A stretch of DNA of 32,000 nt from Polynucleobacter necessarius (GCF_900095195.1 NZ_LT606950.1:1341946-1373945); one strand, 5' to 3'; shown: positions 10,193 to 21,201, counted from the stretch's first letter. The notes: a model not told the origin generated them from the letters alone. A program made the numbers and translations.

Positions 10193-11713
10193 ATGGCAAC
10201 GAACTATTTAAAGAAAATATTATCGGCGCGCGTCTATGGCGTCGCTAGAGAAACCGAACTCCAACTCGCCCCTGAGTTGACTAAGCGCTTGGGTAATCAG
10301 GTTTTACTGAAGCGTGAGGATAACCAGCCAGTCTTCTCCTTTAAGCTTCGGGGCGCCTACAACAAAATAACGCATTTACCCCCAGAAGCCCTGAAACTAG
10401 GGGTCATTGCTGCTTCTGCCGGTAACCATGCCCAAGGTGTCGCCCTGGCTGCCGCCAAAATGAAATGCAAAGCAGTTATTGTCATGCCAGTGACTACCCC
10501 CAGCATCAAGATTGACGCCGTAAAAGCCAGGGGAGGCTCTTGGGTTGAAATCATCCTGCATGGCGAGTCCTACAGCGACGCATTTAACCACTCTGAGTTA
10601 TTGGGTAAAAAGAGGGGTTTGACGTTTATGCACCCCTTTGATGATCCCGATGTCATCGCCGGACAAGGAACCATCGCTCACGAAATTTTTACGCAATGCG
10701 AAAAGCCCGTCGATGCTGTATTTGTTGCAATTGGTGGTGGCGGATTGATTGCAGGGATTGGCGAATACATCAAAGCAGTCACCCCAAAAACGAAAGTGAT
10801 CGGTGTTCAAGCTTCGGACTCAGATGCCATGAACCAATCACTCAAAGCGAATAAGCGCATAGAGATGAAAGATGTTGGCTTATTTTCTGATGGTACGGCT
10901 GTCAAATTGGTTGGCAAAGAAACATTTCGCATCTGCAAAAAAGTGGTTGATGAAATTATCACCGTCGACACAGATGAAATCTGCGCTGCAATCAATGATG
11001 TCTTTACCGATACCCGCAGCATCCTTGAACCCGCTGGAGCCCTTGCTATTGCAGGCATGAAGAAGTATGTCGAGAAAAAACACATTAAGAAAAAAACTCT
11101 CGTTGCCGTAGCTTGCGGAGCAAATATGAACTTCAGTCGCCTGCGTTTTGTCGCAGAGCGCGCCGATGTTGGTGAATTTCGTGAGGCCGTGTTTGCCGTC
11201 ACAATTCCAGAAGAAAGGGGCTCATTCAAGCGCTTCTGTGAACTGCTTGTTAAGCGTAATGTTACGGAGTTCAACTATCGGATTGGCGATCAGAGTGAAG
11301 CGCACATCTTTGTTGGTATCAGCACACAAAAAGCCGGTGATAGCGAAGCCATTGCAAAACATTTTCGCAAGGCAAAATTTGCAACCATTGATCTCACACA
11401 TGATGAGTTAGCAAAATCGCACTTACGCCATATGGTGGGCGGACACTCTGCCCTTGCTAAAGACGAACTACTCTACCGCTTCGAATTTCCGGAGCGTCCA
11501 GGCGCCTTGATGAAATTCCTCACCAGCATGGCACCGAACTGGAATATCAGCTTATTTCATTACCGCAATCATGGGGCTGACTACGGTCGTATTTTGGTAG
11601 GTATTCAAGTACCTAAAAACGAACAGAAGAAATTTCAAAGCTTTTTAGCGACACTAGGCTACCCACACTGGGATGAAAGTAATAATCCCGCCTATCGTCT
11701 ATTTCTTAAATAA
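10193..11713 (+). CDS. ilvA: Biosynthetic threonine ammonia-lyase (threonine dehydratase)
   Basis: 506-aa ORF with the PLP-lysine region KREDNQPVFSFKLRGAYNK and GGGGLIAG, plus two C-terminal ACT-like regulatory repeats (...EFNYRIGD... and ...LFHYRNHGADYGRILVG...). Confidence 0.93.
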   Translation: MATNYLKKILSARVYGVARETELQLAPELTKRLGNQVLLKREDNQPVFSFKLRGAYNKITHLPPEALKLGVIAASAGNHAQGVALAAAKMKCKAVIVMPVTTPSIKIDAVKARGGSWVEIILHGESYSDAFNHSELLGKKRGLTFMHPFDDPDVIAGQGTIAHEIFTQCEKPVDAVFVAIGGGGLIAGIGEYIKAVTPKTKVIGVQASDSDAMNQSLKANKRIEMKDVGLFSDGTAVKLVGKETFRICKKVVDEIITVDTDEICAAINDVFTDTRSILEPAGALAIAGMKKYVEKKHIKKKTLVAVACGANMNFSRLRFVAERADVGEFREAVFAVTIPEERGSFKRFCELLVKRNVTEFNYRIGDQSEAHIFVGISTQKAGDSEAIAKHFRKAKFATIDLTHDELAKSHLRHMVGGHSALAKDELLYRFEFPERPGALMKFLTSMAPNWNISLFHYRNHGADYGRILVGIQVPKNEQKKFQSFLATLGYPHWDESNNPAYRLFLK

Positions 11714-11725
11714 GAGATAAGTAAA

Positions 11726-12634
11726 ATGTTGTATACCTTCACCGAAAAACTCGTCGTAGCGATTTCGTCGCGTGCTCTGTTTGATTTTGAGGAAGAAAAC
11801 CGTATCTTCGAATCCACCGATGACAGCGCTTATATGAAGCTACAGCTTGAGCGCTTAGGGGAAGCGGCACAAAAGGGTGTGGCGTTCCCACTAGTTAAAA
11901 AACTCTTAGCCTTCAATGAAGAGGGTGAGCAGCGTGTAGAAGTTGTCATTTTGTCGCGCAATGATCCTGTTAGTGGATTACGGGTTTTCCGCTCTGCAGA
12001 GCATCATGGTCTCCACCTCGAGCGCGGAGTATTTACCAGAGGTAGGCCGCCTTACCATTACCTACGCTCATTGCATGCAAACCTTTTTCTCTCGGCAAAT
12101 GAAGATGATGTCAGGGCAACAATCGAGGCAGGCTTTCCTGCTGCACGGGTTTATCCAGAGTCGAGCAAAACGGCAGAATCCCATCCGAATGAAATCCGCA
12201 TAGCCTTTGACGGAGATGCCGTCCTCTTTTCCGATGAGGCAGAACAAGTGTTCCAAAAAAAAGGGTTGGAGGCATTTGTTGATCATGAAAGTAAAAAGGT
12301 GGGTACACCGATACCTCCAGGACCTTTTAAACCCTTATTGGAAGCACTTCACCGACTGCAACGCTCCACCAGCGAGAATGGTGTGCGTATCCGCACTGCA
12401 CTTGTTACTGCACGCTCCGCCCCAGCCCACGAACGCGCAATACGTACGCTGATGGCATGGGGCATTGAAGTTGATGAAGCGATGTTCTTAGGCGGACTCT
12501 CTAAAAGTGAGTTCTTGAGAGAATTTGAGCCCGACTTCTTTTTTGATGATCAAACCGGCCATTGCCAATCTGCCGCCTCTGTTGCGCCAACAGGTCATGT
12601 AGTATCAGGCGCATCTAATAATCCCAAAAAATAA
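11726..12634 (+). CDS. 5'-nucleotidase family protein (PF06189-like)
   Basis: 302-aa ORF reading [22 protein letters not shown]...[18 protein letters not shown]...[19 protein letters not shown]...[30 protein letters not shown]...FFFDDQ, recognised by family resemblance only. Confidence 0.65.
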   Translation: MLYTFTEKLVVAISSRALFDFEEENRIFESTDDSAYMKLQLERLGEAAQKGVAFPLVKKLLAFNEEGEQRVEVVILSRNDPVSGLRVFRSAEHHGLHLERGVFTRGRPPYHYLRSLHANLFLSANEDDVRATIEAGFPAARVYPESSKTAESHPNEIRIAFDGDAVLFSDEAEQVFQKKGLEAFVDHESKKVGTPIPPGPFKPLLEALHRLQRSTSENGVRIRTALVTARSAPAHERAIRTLMAWGIEVDEAMFLGGLSKSEFLREFEPDFFFDDQTGHCQSAASVAPTGHVVSGASNNPKK

Positions 12635-12654
12635 CTCGGCGGCAAGATTTCGGA

Positions 12655-13480
12655 ATGGCAATACTTACTCTTGGTCAATCAACACAATACCCCGATCAAT
12701 ATGATCCGAGTTTGTTATTCCCTATTCCCAGAATAGGGAATCGTAAAAAGCTTGGTTATCAAGAAGGTCAATCATTGCCATTTGTTGGGATTGATATTGG
12801 GAATGCGTTTGAGCTTAGCTGGCTCAACAAAAAAGGAAACCTCAAATTGCTATCGCGGAGTTTCAAATCCCAGCAGACTCCCCCAACATGATTGAGTCCA
12901 AGTCCTTTAAGCTGTAGCTCAACAGCTTAAATAGTGCACGCTTTGAAGATGAAAACGAAGTCAAAGAGCAATTAATACAGGATTTATCTGCCGTAACTGG
13001 TAGCAAAATTACCGCACGAATTCAGTTAGCCGAATTGATTGCAAAACAAGGCATCCATGAAATGGGCGGCATTTTGATGGATCGCTTAGATATTGAAATT
13101 GATCCGAATCTTGCTGCAGACCCAAACCTGCTAGATGTGAATACCTCTTTTAGCCCAATCGAACAATGTTTAGTCTCACACATGCTCAAATCGAATTGCC
13201 CTGTAACTGGACAGCCCGATTGGGCGAGCATCCAAATTCGCTATCAAGGACGCCCCATCCTTGAGGAAGGGTTGTTCGCTACCTGATTGGCTTTAGACAT
13301 TTAGGGGAGTTTCACGAGCATTGCGTGGAAACGATCTTTACGGATATCAAGCGCCAATGCAAACCCGAAAAATTGTCTGTGTACGCACGCTACACACGCC
13401 GTGGTGGTCTAGACATCAATCCATTCAGAACCAATCACAACTCGCTTTGGCCAGACAATGTTCGCCATGCTCGGCAATAA
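12655..13480 (+). pseudogene. queF: NADPH-dependent 7-cyano-7-deazaguanine (preQ0) reductase, type II QueF, inactivated by two -1 frameshifts and one in-frame TAG
   Basis: Homology runs through three frames. Frame 1 is [26 protein letters not shown]...[17 protein letters not shown], up to about 12829-12840 (A-runs). Frame 0 is [29 protein letters not shown]...[30 protein letters not shown], with a TAG at 12915-12917 where homologs have Tyr (SFKLYLNS). Frame 2 starts at about 13277 and reads [53 protein letters not shown]...RQ*, ending at the TAA at 13478-13480. Restoring 2 nt gives 276 codons, a normal QueF length. The conserved Trp of the DIW motif is Gly here (GGG). Confidence 0.9.
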
Positions 13481-13482
13481 AT

Positions 13483-13513
13483 AAAAAACCCTCAGAAATT
13501 TCTGAGGGTTTTT
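13483..13513. terminator. Bidirectional rho-independent terminator shared by convergent queF and ssb
   Basis: Perfect palindrome AAAAAACCCTCAGAAA/TTTCTGAGGGTTTTT. The arms are 13489-13498 and 13499-13508, flanked by an A-run upstream and a T-run downstream. Confidence 0.8.
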
Positions 13514-13555
13514 CTTATGAGTCATCAATCACTTGAAGAGATGATAGGTAAGCTT

Positions 13556-14011
13556 TTAAAACGGAATATCGTCGTCCATAGCACCAAGTGATGCAGCACT
13601 TGAGGCTGCTGGAGCAGATTGCTCAGAGGACTTTGAGCGACTGTAGCTTTCACCGCCATCACCGCCGCCACCTGCTGGCTTGCCACCGAGCATTTGCATG
13701 GTTTCTGCCACGATCTCCGTGGAATATTTTTCTTGACCACTAGCATCTGTCCATTTACGAGTGCGTAAACGACCTTCAACATAAACCTGAGAACCTTTTT
13801 TGAGATACTGGCCAGCAATTTCCGCAAGCTTGCCAAAGAAGGCAATGCGATGCCATTCTGTGGTTTCTTTCATTTCACCGATTTGCTTACCTTTGTAACG
13901 ATCTGAAGTTGCTACAGAGATGTTTGTTACAGCGTCGCCGCTTGGCATGTAACGTGTTTCTGGATCACGTCCAACATTACCTACGATGATGACCTTATTT
14001 ACCGAAGCCAT
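13556..14011 (-). CDS. ssb: Single-stranded DNA-binding protein
   Basis: 151-aa ORF with an OB-fold N-terminus [36 protein letters not shown]...[14 protein letters not shown], a Gly-rich linker and the acidic tail MDDDIPF. Confidence 0.95.
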   Translation of the reverse strand: MASVNKVIIVGNVGRDPETRYMPSGDAVTNISVATSDRYKGKQIGEMKETTEWHRIAFFGKLAEIAGQYLKKGSQVYVEGRLRTRKWTDASGQEKYSTEIVAETMQMLGGKPAGGGGDGGESYSRSKSSEQSAPAASSAASLGAMDDDIPF

Positions 14012-14085
14012 GTTGTCTCCCGAAGAAAATTACTACAGTTATTACTACTAAAAATTTTTACACTGATACTGAAATGAAGCTACGG

Positions 14086-15270
14086 CTACATCTTTGCTGC
14101 AGCATCGCTTGCATCAACAGCTTTTGCAGGCAATTCGCGCATCGACCAAGCAATTATAAGCCAGCATATTAAGAGCGCCGCGCCCATTACAAATACCGAC
14201 AAGTCGCCGTGGCTATCCATTAAATAACCCCCAATGGCAGCCCCTGTGAAGAGGCCAATAGACTGTGTGGTGTTGTACACACCGAGGGTAGTGCCTTTAG
14301 ATTCTTTTGCAAATCGCGACACCAAAGAGGGCTGTAAAGCCTCGAGTAAGTTAAAGCCTACGAAATACACCAGCAACGCGATCGCAATTGACGTAATGGA
14401 TGAGGTATTTGCAAACAAATATTCAGCAATGACTAAAAGCACAATGGATAGCAAAAGCACCGTGCGTAATTGTTGCTTCTTCTCGCCAAAAATCAAAATC
14501 GGTGCCATCAAGAAAAACGATAGCAGCACTACGGGCAAATAAATTTCCCAATGCGATGAAAGGGGTAAGCCTGCTTGTACGAGCAAGCGGGGCACAACCA
14601 AGAACATTGCAACTTGGGTGGCATGCAATACAAAGACGCCCAGATTTAAGCGCACTAACTCTGGTCTAAAAAATACTTCCCGCAGGGATGCTTGCTGAAC
14701 CTTTTCTTCAGATTTATTTGATGGCAATACATATGCGGCTACGCACATCGCCATGACGCCCAGAATCGCAAGAACCATAAAGATGCCGCTCAAACTAATG
14801 ACTTTATAGATGGGTGCAGCAATCACCAATGAGAGTGCAAAAGACAGCGCGATACTGCCTCCCACCAAAGCCATGGCTCGAGTTCGTACCTGCTCACGAG
14901 TCAAATCAGCAACCCATGCAGAGATGGCAGCGGAGACCGCGCCGGCACCCATTACCCCTCGACCAATTGCAATCCAAAGCAAATCGTCTTTGGCTGCGCA
15001 AATCAGGGCGCCCGCCACAAATAAAGATAAGCCCCATAAAACGACCGGTTTACGCCCAATTCGATCAGATAAGCGGCCTAAGGGAATGTAAAAACAGGCC
15101 TGAACGATATTAAAAATTCCCAAGGTCAGGCCGACCCACAAAGCATGCTCTCCGCCAGGTAAACCCCTAGCATGGAGGCTGAAAACGGGTAGAAGCAAGA
15201 ACTGGCCCAGCATACGAAGGCCAAAAATGCCTGCTAAGGCCAGAGTAAAGCGGAGTTCAGAAGGATTCAT
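14086..15270 (-). CDS. MFS transporter
   Basis: 394-aa ORF, highly hydrophobic and consistent with about 12 TM segments, with the MFS loop motif GRLSDRIGRKPV. Substrate is unknown. Confidence 0.8.
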   Translation of the reverse strand: MNPSELRFTLALAGIFGLRMLGQFLLLPVFSLHARGLPGGEHALWVGLTLGIFNIVQACFYIPLGRLSDRIGRKPVVLWGLSLFVAGALICAAKDDLLWIAIGRGVMGAGAVSAAISAWVADLTREQVRTRAMALVGGSIALSFALSLVIAAPIYKVISLSGIFMVLAILGVMAMCVAAYVLPSNKSEEKVQQASLREVFFRPELVRLNLGVFVLHATQVAMFLVVPRLLVQAGLPLSSHWEIYLPVVLLSFFLMAPILIFGEKKQQLRTVLLLSIVLLVIAEYLFANTSSITSIAIALLVYFVGFNLLEALQPSLVSRFAKESKGTTLGVYNTTQSIGLFTGAAIGGYLMDSHGDLSVFVMGAALLICWLIIAWSMRELPAKAVDASDAAAKM

Positions 15271-15307
15271 GGGAAAGAGCTATATTAACAAGTTACGCTA
15301 AAAAATC

Positions 15308-18193
15308 ATGAATAACGAAATCAAGATCCGCGGTGCCCGCACCCACAACCTCAAAAATATCAATCTCGACATTCCCAGAGAGAAATTAGTCGTTTTAACA
15401 GGTCTCTCAGGCTCCGGAAAAAGCTCCCTGGCTTTTGACACGCTCTACGCGGAAGGGCAACGACGTTATGTTGAATCCCTCTCTGCCTATGCCCGCCAGT
15501 TTTTACAGTTGATGGAAGAGCCGGATGTCGACACCATCGAGGGCCTCTCCCCAGCAATCTCGATTGAACAGAAAGCTACTAGCCACAATCCTAGATCCAC
15601 CGTGGGAACCGTAACCGAAATTCATGATTATTTACGCCTTCTATTTGCGCGCGCTGGTACACCACATTGCCCGGAACATAACCTTCCATTAGAGGCTCAA
15701 AGCGTCTCTCAAATGGTCGACACGGTGCTGTCGTTACCGGAAGATACCAAACTCATGATCCTTGCTCCCGTAGTAAGCGAGCGTAAGGGTGAATTCGTTG
15801 ATCTCTTTCAAGACCTTCAAGCACAAGGATTTGTACGCTTTCGAGTCCGCTCTGGCGGTGGCACTGCAAATGCTGCCAAAGCAGAAATTTTTGAAGCGGA
15901 TCAAATCCCTGCGCTGAAAAAAAACGACAAGCACTCTATTGAAGTCGTTGTTGATCGCATCAAAGTTCGGTCAGATATTCAACAGCGACTGGCCGAGTCA
16001 TTTGAAACGGCGCTCCGGCTTGCAGAGGGCAAAGCCATGGTGGTTGACATGGATACCGGCAAAGAGATGATTTTCTCGAGCAAATTTGCTTGTCCAGTTT
16101 GCTCCTACTCATTACAAGAGCTCGAGCCACGTCTCTTCTCATTTAATAATCCCATGGGGGCGTGCCCCTCTTGTGAGGGTCTTGGGCATCAATCGTTTTT
16201 TGATCCAAAACGCATCGTGGCGCATCCCGAGTTATCGCTTGCCTCTGGAGCAATTAAAGGCTGGGATCACCGCAATCAGTTCTATTTCAAGCTTTTGCAG
16301 GCTCTCGCTAAGCACGGCGGCTTTGATGTGAAAAAACCATTTGAGTCGCTCACCAAGAAACAGCAAGATTTGATCATGCTGGGCTCCGGAGATGTGACCA
16401 TTCCTTTTGAGTACATCAATGAGCGCGGCAAGAACACAATTCGCGAGCATGCATTCGAAGGAATTGTTGCAAATTTTGAACGACGCTATCGAGAAACCAA
16501 CTCTGTTGCGGTGCGCGAAGAACTCGCACGCTATCAGAATATCCAAACTTGTCCTGAGTGCAATGGCAGTCGTTTACGCAAAGAGGCTCGTTTTGTCAAA
16601 GTAGGTGAAAAAAACCAGTCTCGTGCGATCTATGAAATTAGTGAATTACCCCTCAAAGAGGCAAAAGAATATTTCGAGACGCTCGAACTAAAGGGCGCCA
16701 AAAAGGAGATTGCCGACAAGATCGTTAAGGAAATTAGTGCGCGCTTACGCTTCTTAAATGATGTGGGATTGAACTATCTTTCTCTCGAGCGCAGCGCGGA
16801 TACCCTTTCGGGCGGAGAAGCTCAGCGCATTCGTTTAGCAAGCCAGATTGGCTCGGGCCTAACTGGTGTGATGTATGTCCTTGATGAGCCCTCCATTGGC
16901 TTACATCAGCGTGATAACGATCGCTTGATTGGCACCCTCAAGCATTTGCGTGATTTGGGCAACAGCGTTCTGGTCGTTGAGCATGACGAAGACATGATTC
17001 GCGCCTCGGATTGGGTCATTGATATCGGCTCTGGGGCAGGCGTTCATGGCGGAGCAATTGTTGCTCAAGGCACTCCAGCAGAAGTGGAAGCCAATCCAAA
17101 ATCGCTTACTGGCGCATATCTTGCTGGCCGTGAAGTGATTGAAGTTCCACAAAACCGCATTCCAGTTAATGATCGCTTTTTGGAAATTATTGGGGCACGC
17201 GGCAACAATTTGCAATCTGTCCATGCAAAGATTCCTGTAGGGCTATTGACGTGCGTTACGGGTGTTTCAGGTTCTGGTAAATCAACCCTCATTAATGACA
17301 CCCTGCACCATGCCGTTGCTCAACACCTGTATGGATCAAACGCAGAGCCTGCGCCTCATGACTCCATGAAAGGGTTGGAGCATTTCGATAAAGTTATCAG
17401 CGTAGATCAATCGCCAATCGGTCGAACCCCGCGCTCTAACCCAGCTACCTACACTGGCCTCTTTACACCCATCCGCGAATTATTTGCCGGCGTTCCAGCG
17501 GCACGTGAACGTGGCTATGAGGCTGGGCGCTTCTCCTTTAACGTAAAAGGTGGTCGCTGCAACGCTTGCGAAGGTGATGGTGTACTCAAAGTCGAAATGC
17601 ATTTCTTACCGGATGTCTATGTACCGTGTGATGTTTGTCACGGCAAACGCTATAACCGAGAAACATTAGACATTCGATACAAAGGCAAAAACATTCATGA
17701 AGTGTTGACGATGACCATCGAACAAGCACATGAATTTTTTGAAGCAGTACCGGTGGTGAAACGTAAGCTCAAAACATTATTGGATGTTGGTTTAGGCTAT
17801 GTACAACTTGGGCAAAGCGCCACTACACTCTCTGGTGGCGAGGCGCAACGCGTCAAGTTATCACTCGAGCTTTCTAAACGTGATACTGGCAGAACTCTCT
17901 ACATCTTGGATGAACCGACTACGGGCCTACATTTCCACGATATTCAACTTCTCTTAACGGTGATCCAAACACTCAAAAAACAAGGCAATACGATTGTGAT
18001 CATTGAACACAATTTAGATGTCATTAAAACGGCAGATTGGATTATTGACTTAGGTCCAAAAGGTGGCGCAGGAGGTGGCCAAATCATTGCTACCGGCACT
18101 CCGGGGGAGGTCGCTAAAAATGCCGCGAGTTTTACTGGATACTATTTGGCTCCGCTATTGAATCGCAAACCAGCAGCCAAGAAAAAGAAATAG
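15308..18193 (+). CDS. uvrA: Excinuclease ABC subunit A
   Basis: 961-aa ORF starting [61 protein letters not shown]. It has two ABC modules ([10 protein letters not shown], and LSGGEAQR twice) and zinc-finger Cys pairs CPVC...CPSC, CPEC and CNAC...CDVCHG. Confidence 0.97.
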   Translation: MNNEIKIRGARTHNLKNINLDIPREKLVVLTGLSGSGKSSLAFDTLYAEGQRRYVESLSAYARQFLQLMEEPDVDTIEGLSPAISIEQKATSHNPRSTVGTVTEIHDYLRLLFARAGTPHCPEHNLPLEAQSVSQMVDTVLSLPEDTKLMILAPVVSERKGEFVDLFQDLQAQGFVRFRVRSGGGTANAAKAEIFEADQIPALKKNDKHSIEVVVDRIKVRSDIQQRLAESFETALRLAEGKAMVVDMDTGKEMIFSSKFACPVCSYSLQELEPRLFSFNNPMGACPSCEGLGHQSFFDPKRIVAHPELSLASGAIKGWDHRNQFYFKLLQALAKHGGFDVKKPFESLTKKQQDLIMLGSGDVTIPFEYINERGKNTIREHAFEGIVANFERRYRETNSVAVREELARYQNIQTCPECNGSRLRKEARFVKVGEKNQSRAIYEISELPLKEAKEYFETLELKGAKKEIADKIVKEISARLRFLNDVGLNYLSLERSADTLSGGEAQRIRLASQIGSGLTGVMYVLDEPSIGLHQRDNDRLIGTLKHLRDLGNSVLVVEHDEDMIRASDWVIDIGSGAGVHGGAIVAQGTPAEVEANPKSLTGAYLAGREVIEVPQNRIPVNDRFLEIIGARGNNLQSVHAKIPVGLLTCVTGVSGSGKSTLINDTLHHAVAQHLYGSNAEPAPHDSMKGLEHFDKVISVDQSPIGRTPRSNPATYTGLFTPIRELFAGVPAARERGYEAGRFSFNVKGGRCNACEGDGVLKVEMHFLPDVYVPCDVCHGKRYNRETLDIRYKGKNIHEVLTMTIEQAHEFFEAVPVVKRKLKTLLDVGLGYVQLGQSATTLSGGEAQRVKLSLELSKRDTGRTLYILDEPTTGLHFHDIQLLLTVIQTLKKQGNTIVIIEHNLDVIKTADWIIDLGPKGGAGGGQIIATGTPGEVAKNAASFTGYYLAPLLNRKPAAKKKK

Positions 18194-18207
18194 CGCACAT
18201 TTGCGCT
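18192..18207. terminator. Short inverted repeat between convergent uvrA and the CPA2 antiporter gene (possible weak terminator)
   Basis: AGCGCA-CATT-TGCGCT, a 6-bp stem with a 4-nt loop that overlaps the uvrA TAG stop codon. There is no flanking T-run, so terminator function is uncertain. Confidence 0.3.
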
Positions 18208-18214
18208 CATGATC

Positions 18215-20197
18215 TCAGAGCAATTTTGCTTCGGCTAAATCCGTTGCCGCCGAGTTACCTGAGATCACCAAAATATCATTTGCTTGCAATTGCAAGTCTG
18301 GGGTCAAGGTCAGTTTTGCGTAATCCGCATTACGCCCTTTACGACGAACCGCCTGAACGCTCACGCCGTCACTGCCTAAATCTAACTCCTCTAGAGTTTT
18401 GCCAACCGCTTGAGAATTGGGCAATAACGTAATCGAATGCAATCGCCAAGACTCGTTTGAGCCAAAATCATCATCGCCTGAACCACGGAAATAACCGCGT
18501 AACAAGCTATAACGCTCTTCACGCGCAGTTGTAATACGTCGAACCACTTTGCGCATTGGCACACCCATAATGAGCAATACATGGGACGCAATCATAAGGC
18601 TGCCCTCAATTAATTCAGGGACTACTTCGGTAGCGCCTGCTGCTTGTAATTTCGCAATATCCGCATCGTCGCGGGTACGAACCAATACCGTCATTCCCGG
18701 ACGCAGATGCTCGATTTGTCTCAGCACTCTGAGGCTAGCAGCAGTATCAGCATAGGTAATCACCACCGTCTTTGCTCTGGATAAACCAGCGGCAACTAAA
18801 TAGTTTTCACGGCTAGCATCGCCGTACACAACGTTATCGCCTGCTGCCGCTGCTTCCTTCACGCGATCAGGATCTAAATCCAATGCAATGTAAGGAATTT
18901 TTTCTTGATCTAACATGCGCGCTAAGCTTTGCCCAGATCGACCAAAGCCACAAATAATCACATGGTGTTCATTACGCACACTCTTAGCGGCTACACGTGT
19001 CAATGCCAATGATTGCAAAAGCCATTCATTACTTGAAAAGCGCATCGCAATACGATCACTGTATTCAACCAAGAATGGGGCACAAAACATTGAAAGCAGC
19101 ATTGCGGCAAGAACTGCTTGGCTTAAGGTCGGGTCAATCAAATCGAGTCCATCGATCTGTGTCAACAGAACAAATCCGAATTCACCTGCCTGAGCAAGGC
19201 ACAGTCCCGTTCGTATTGAAATGCCGGTGCTCGAGCCAAAAGCCTTTGAGAGGATGGCAATAAGCCCGAACTTAAACACCAATGGGCCAATTAATAAGAC
19301 CACAACCAGTATCCACTGCTCACGAATGACATTGAAATCAAGCAGCATGCCAATCGTAACAAAGAAGAGTCCCAACAACACGTCGCGAAATGGCTTTACA
19401 TCCTCCTCCACCTGATGGCGATAAGGTGTTTCCGAAATCAACATGCCCGCCAAAAATGCTCCGAGAGCCAAAGACAACCCAAAATGCTCAGTCAATGCGG
19501 CCATACCCAAAACAATGAATAATAGATTTAGCATGAACAACTCTTGAGAGCGCAGCTTTGCAACCAATCTAAACCAACGACTCATTAATGATTGGCCAAT
19601 AAAGAAAATGAGGCTTAAAGCAACGGTAATCTTGACTGAGGCAGCAGTTAGCGCAACAAAAAGATCTTTTGGATTTTTTCCTAGAGATGGCAACAAGATT
19701 AACAAGAAGACCACCGCTAAATCTTGAAACAATAAAATTCCCACAACATTGCGACCATGCTCCGTTTCCAACTCCGATCGATCAGAAATCAGTTTGGTAA
19801 CAATCGCTGTGGATGACATTGCCAGAGCGCCACCCAACGCAATCGCCGCCTGCCAAGAAATCGGATAAACCCAATTCATCAAGAGGCTTGCTGGAACTGC
19901 TAAAAGCATGGTCAAGACAACTTGACTACCGCCAAGACCAAATACGATATTGCGCATTGACCGCAATTTATGGAGATTGAACTCGAGGCCAATGGAGAAC
20001 ATTAAGAAAACCACCCCAAATTCAGCTAAATACTTGACGGCGGCAGAGTCGTTAGCCAACGCCAGGGCGTTTGGTCCAATCAATACCCCAATGGCCAAAT
20101 AGCCCAAAATCGGGGGTAAGCCAAAATAGCGGAAAATAACGACTCCAGCCACTCCTGAGGCTAGGAGAATCAGAGTTAATTGAAGGACTGACGGCAT
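18215..20197 (-). CDS. CPA2-family monovalent cation:proton antiporter with C-terminal RCK (TrkA-N and TrkA-C) domains, KefB/YbaL-like
   Basis: 660-aa ORF. The ~400-aa N-terminal part is a polytopic Na+/H+ exchanger-type membrane domain. It is followed by a Rossmann-type segment HVIICGFGRSGQSLARML and a C-terminal TrkA-C-like segment (LEELDLGSDGVSVQAVRRKG...GDILVISG). Confidence 0.85.
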   Translation of the reverse strand: MPSVLQLTLILLASGVAGVVIFRYFGLPPILGYLAIGVLIGPNALALANDSAAVKYLAEFGVVFLMFSIGLEFNLHKLRSMRNIVFGLGGSQVVLTMLLAVPASLLMNWVYPISWQAAIALGGALAMSSTAIVTKLISDRSELETEHGRNVVGILLFQDLAVVFLLILLPSLGKNPKDLFVALTAASVKITVALSLIFFIGQSLMSRWFRLVAKLRSQELFMLNLLFIVLGMAALTEHFGLSLALGAFLAGMLISETPYRHQVEEDVKPFRDVLLGLFFVTIGMLLDFNVIREQWILVVVLLIGPLVFKFGLIAILSKAFGSSTGISIRTGLCLAQAGEFGFVLLTQIDGLDLIDPTLSQAVLAAMLLSMFCAPFLVEYSDRIAMRFSSNEWLLQSLALTRVAAKSVRNEHHVIICGFGRSGQSLARMLDQEKIPYIALDLDPDRVKEAAAAGDNVVYGDASRENYLVAAGLSRAKTVVITYADTAASLRVLRQIEHLRPGMTVLVRTRDDADIAKLQAAGATEVVPELIEGSLMIASHVLLIMGVPMRKVVRRITTAREERYSLLRGYFRGSGDDDFGSNESWRLHSITLLPNSQAVGKTLEELDLGSDGVSVQAVRRKGRNADYAKLTLTPDLQLQANDILVISGNSAATDLAEAKLL

Positions 20198-20208
20198 ATA
20201 CTTACCTG

Positions 20209-21201
20209 ATGATAGCTGAGACTCGTGAACGTACCCTAAAGCTTGCTCGCGACACCCTCACGATTGAGGCTGCTGCACTGCAAACAATGCGTGATCGCCT
20301 TGAGGGCATTCACGCGGATGCACTCGTGCATGCCGTACAGATGCTGCACGAGTGCAAAGGCAGAATTGTGGTTTCCGGGATTGGCAAATCAGGGCACATT
20401 GCCCGAAAAATTGCCGCCACCTTTGCCTCCACAGGTTCCCCCGCCTTTTTTGTACATCCCGCTGAAGCAAGTCATGGTGATTTGGGCATGGTGACAAGAG
20501 ATGATGTCTTTGTAGCACTGTCAAACTCTGGTGAAACGGATGAGCTGCTGACCATCGTCCCTATTGTAAAACGCACTGGCGCAAAATTGATTGCCTTAAC
20601 TGGCGCACCAACTTCCTCGCTCGCAAAATTGGCGGATGCTCATTTGGACACTAGCGTGGAAAAGGAAGCTTGTCCACTCAATCTTGCGCCCACAACCAGC
20701 ACTACAGCTGCATTAGCAATGGGCGATGCCTTAGCGGTTGCCTTACTGGATGCTCGCGGCTTTCAAGCGGAAGATTTTCAACGTTCACATCCTGGTGGTA
20801 GATTAGGTCGCAAACAATTAATGCACGTAAGCGAAGTGATGCGCAGCTTTGCTGACACACCCAAAATTTCCATTCAATCGTCGCTGAAAGACGCTTTGCT
20901 AGAAATGACCACTAAGCGCATGGGCATGGTGGTTATCTTGGATGAAAACCAAAAAGTAGTTGGGATTCTGACCGATGGTGACCTACGACGTCTTTTGGAA
21001 AAAAATACCGATCTGAGCAGTATCACACTCAAAAATGCGACCACCGCAAGCCCTCGAACCATTCCTGCAGAGCTATTGGCAGAAGAAGCAATTGAAATGA
21101 TGGAGAAACACCGCATTAATCATTTAGTTGTGACAGATAAAAATGGTTCTCTGCTCGGAGCACTCAATCTCCACGACCTCTTTGCAGCAAAAGTCATTTA
21201 A
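20209..21201 (+). CDS. kdsD: Arabinose-5-phosphate isomerase (KpsF/GutQ/KdsD family; SIS domain plus tandem CBS)
   Basis: 330-aa ORF with GRIVVSGIGKSGHIARKIAATFASTGSPAFFVHPAEASHGDLGMV and a C-terminal CBS pair. It is the first gene of the kdsD-kdsC-lptC-lptA-lptB cluster. Confidence 0.92.
   Translation: MIAETRERTLKLARDTLTIEAAALQTMRDRLEGIHADALVHAVQMLHECKGRIVVSGIGKSGHIARKIAATFASTGSPAFFVHPAEASHGDLGMVTRDDVFVALSNSGETDELLTIVPIVKRTGAKLIALTGAPTSSLAKLADAHLDTSVEKEACPLNLAPTTSTTAALAMGDALAVALLDARGFQAEDFQRSHPGGRLGRKQLMHVSEVMRSFADTPKISIQSSLKDALLEMTTKRMGMVVILDENQKVVGILTDGDLRRLLEKNTDLSSITLKNATTASPRTIPAELLAEEAIEMMEKHRINHLVVTDKNGSLLGALNLHDLFAAKVI

Noticed and set aside
6069-11411. Many 60-160-aa ORFs antisense to or out of frame with the DUF3683 oxidoreductase and ilvA (for example 6069..6560, 9052..9498, 10807..11274)
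   Set aside because: All are nested inside long ORFs with clear family motifs. None has a recognisable motif, a Shine-Dalgarno sequence or an independent intergenic context.
12655-13536. Track ORFs 12655..12891, 13035..13286 and 13321..13536 taken as three small independent genes
   Set aside because: The first two are consecutive fragments of one QueF homolog. The third is not even in the QueF frame; the true C-terminal fragment is in the frame ending at 13480. They are treated as a single pseudogene.
13525-13845. 106-aa minus-strand ORF overlapping ssb
   Set aside because: It is an alternative frame of the strongly conserved ssb gene (13556..14011), has low-complexity composition and shows no independent support.
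14012-15307. SOS (LexA) boxes upstream of ssb and uvrA
   Set aside because: I searched both upstream regions (14012-14085 and 15271-15307) by eye for CTGT-N8-ACAG. Only an isolated ACAG is present, with no correctly spaced CTGT, so no LexA site can be supported.
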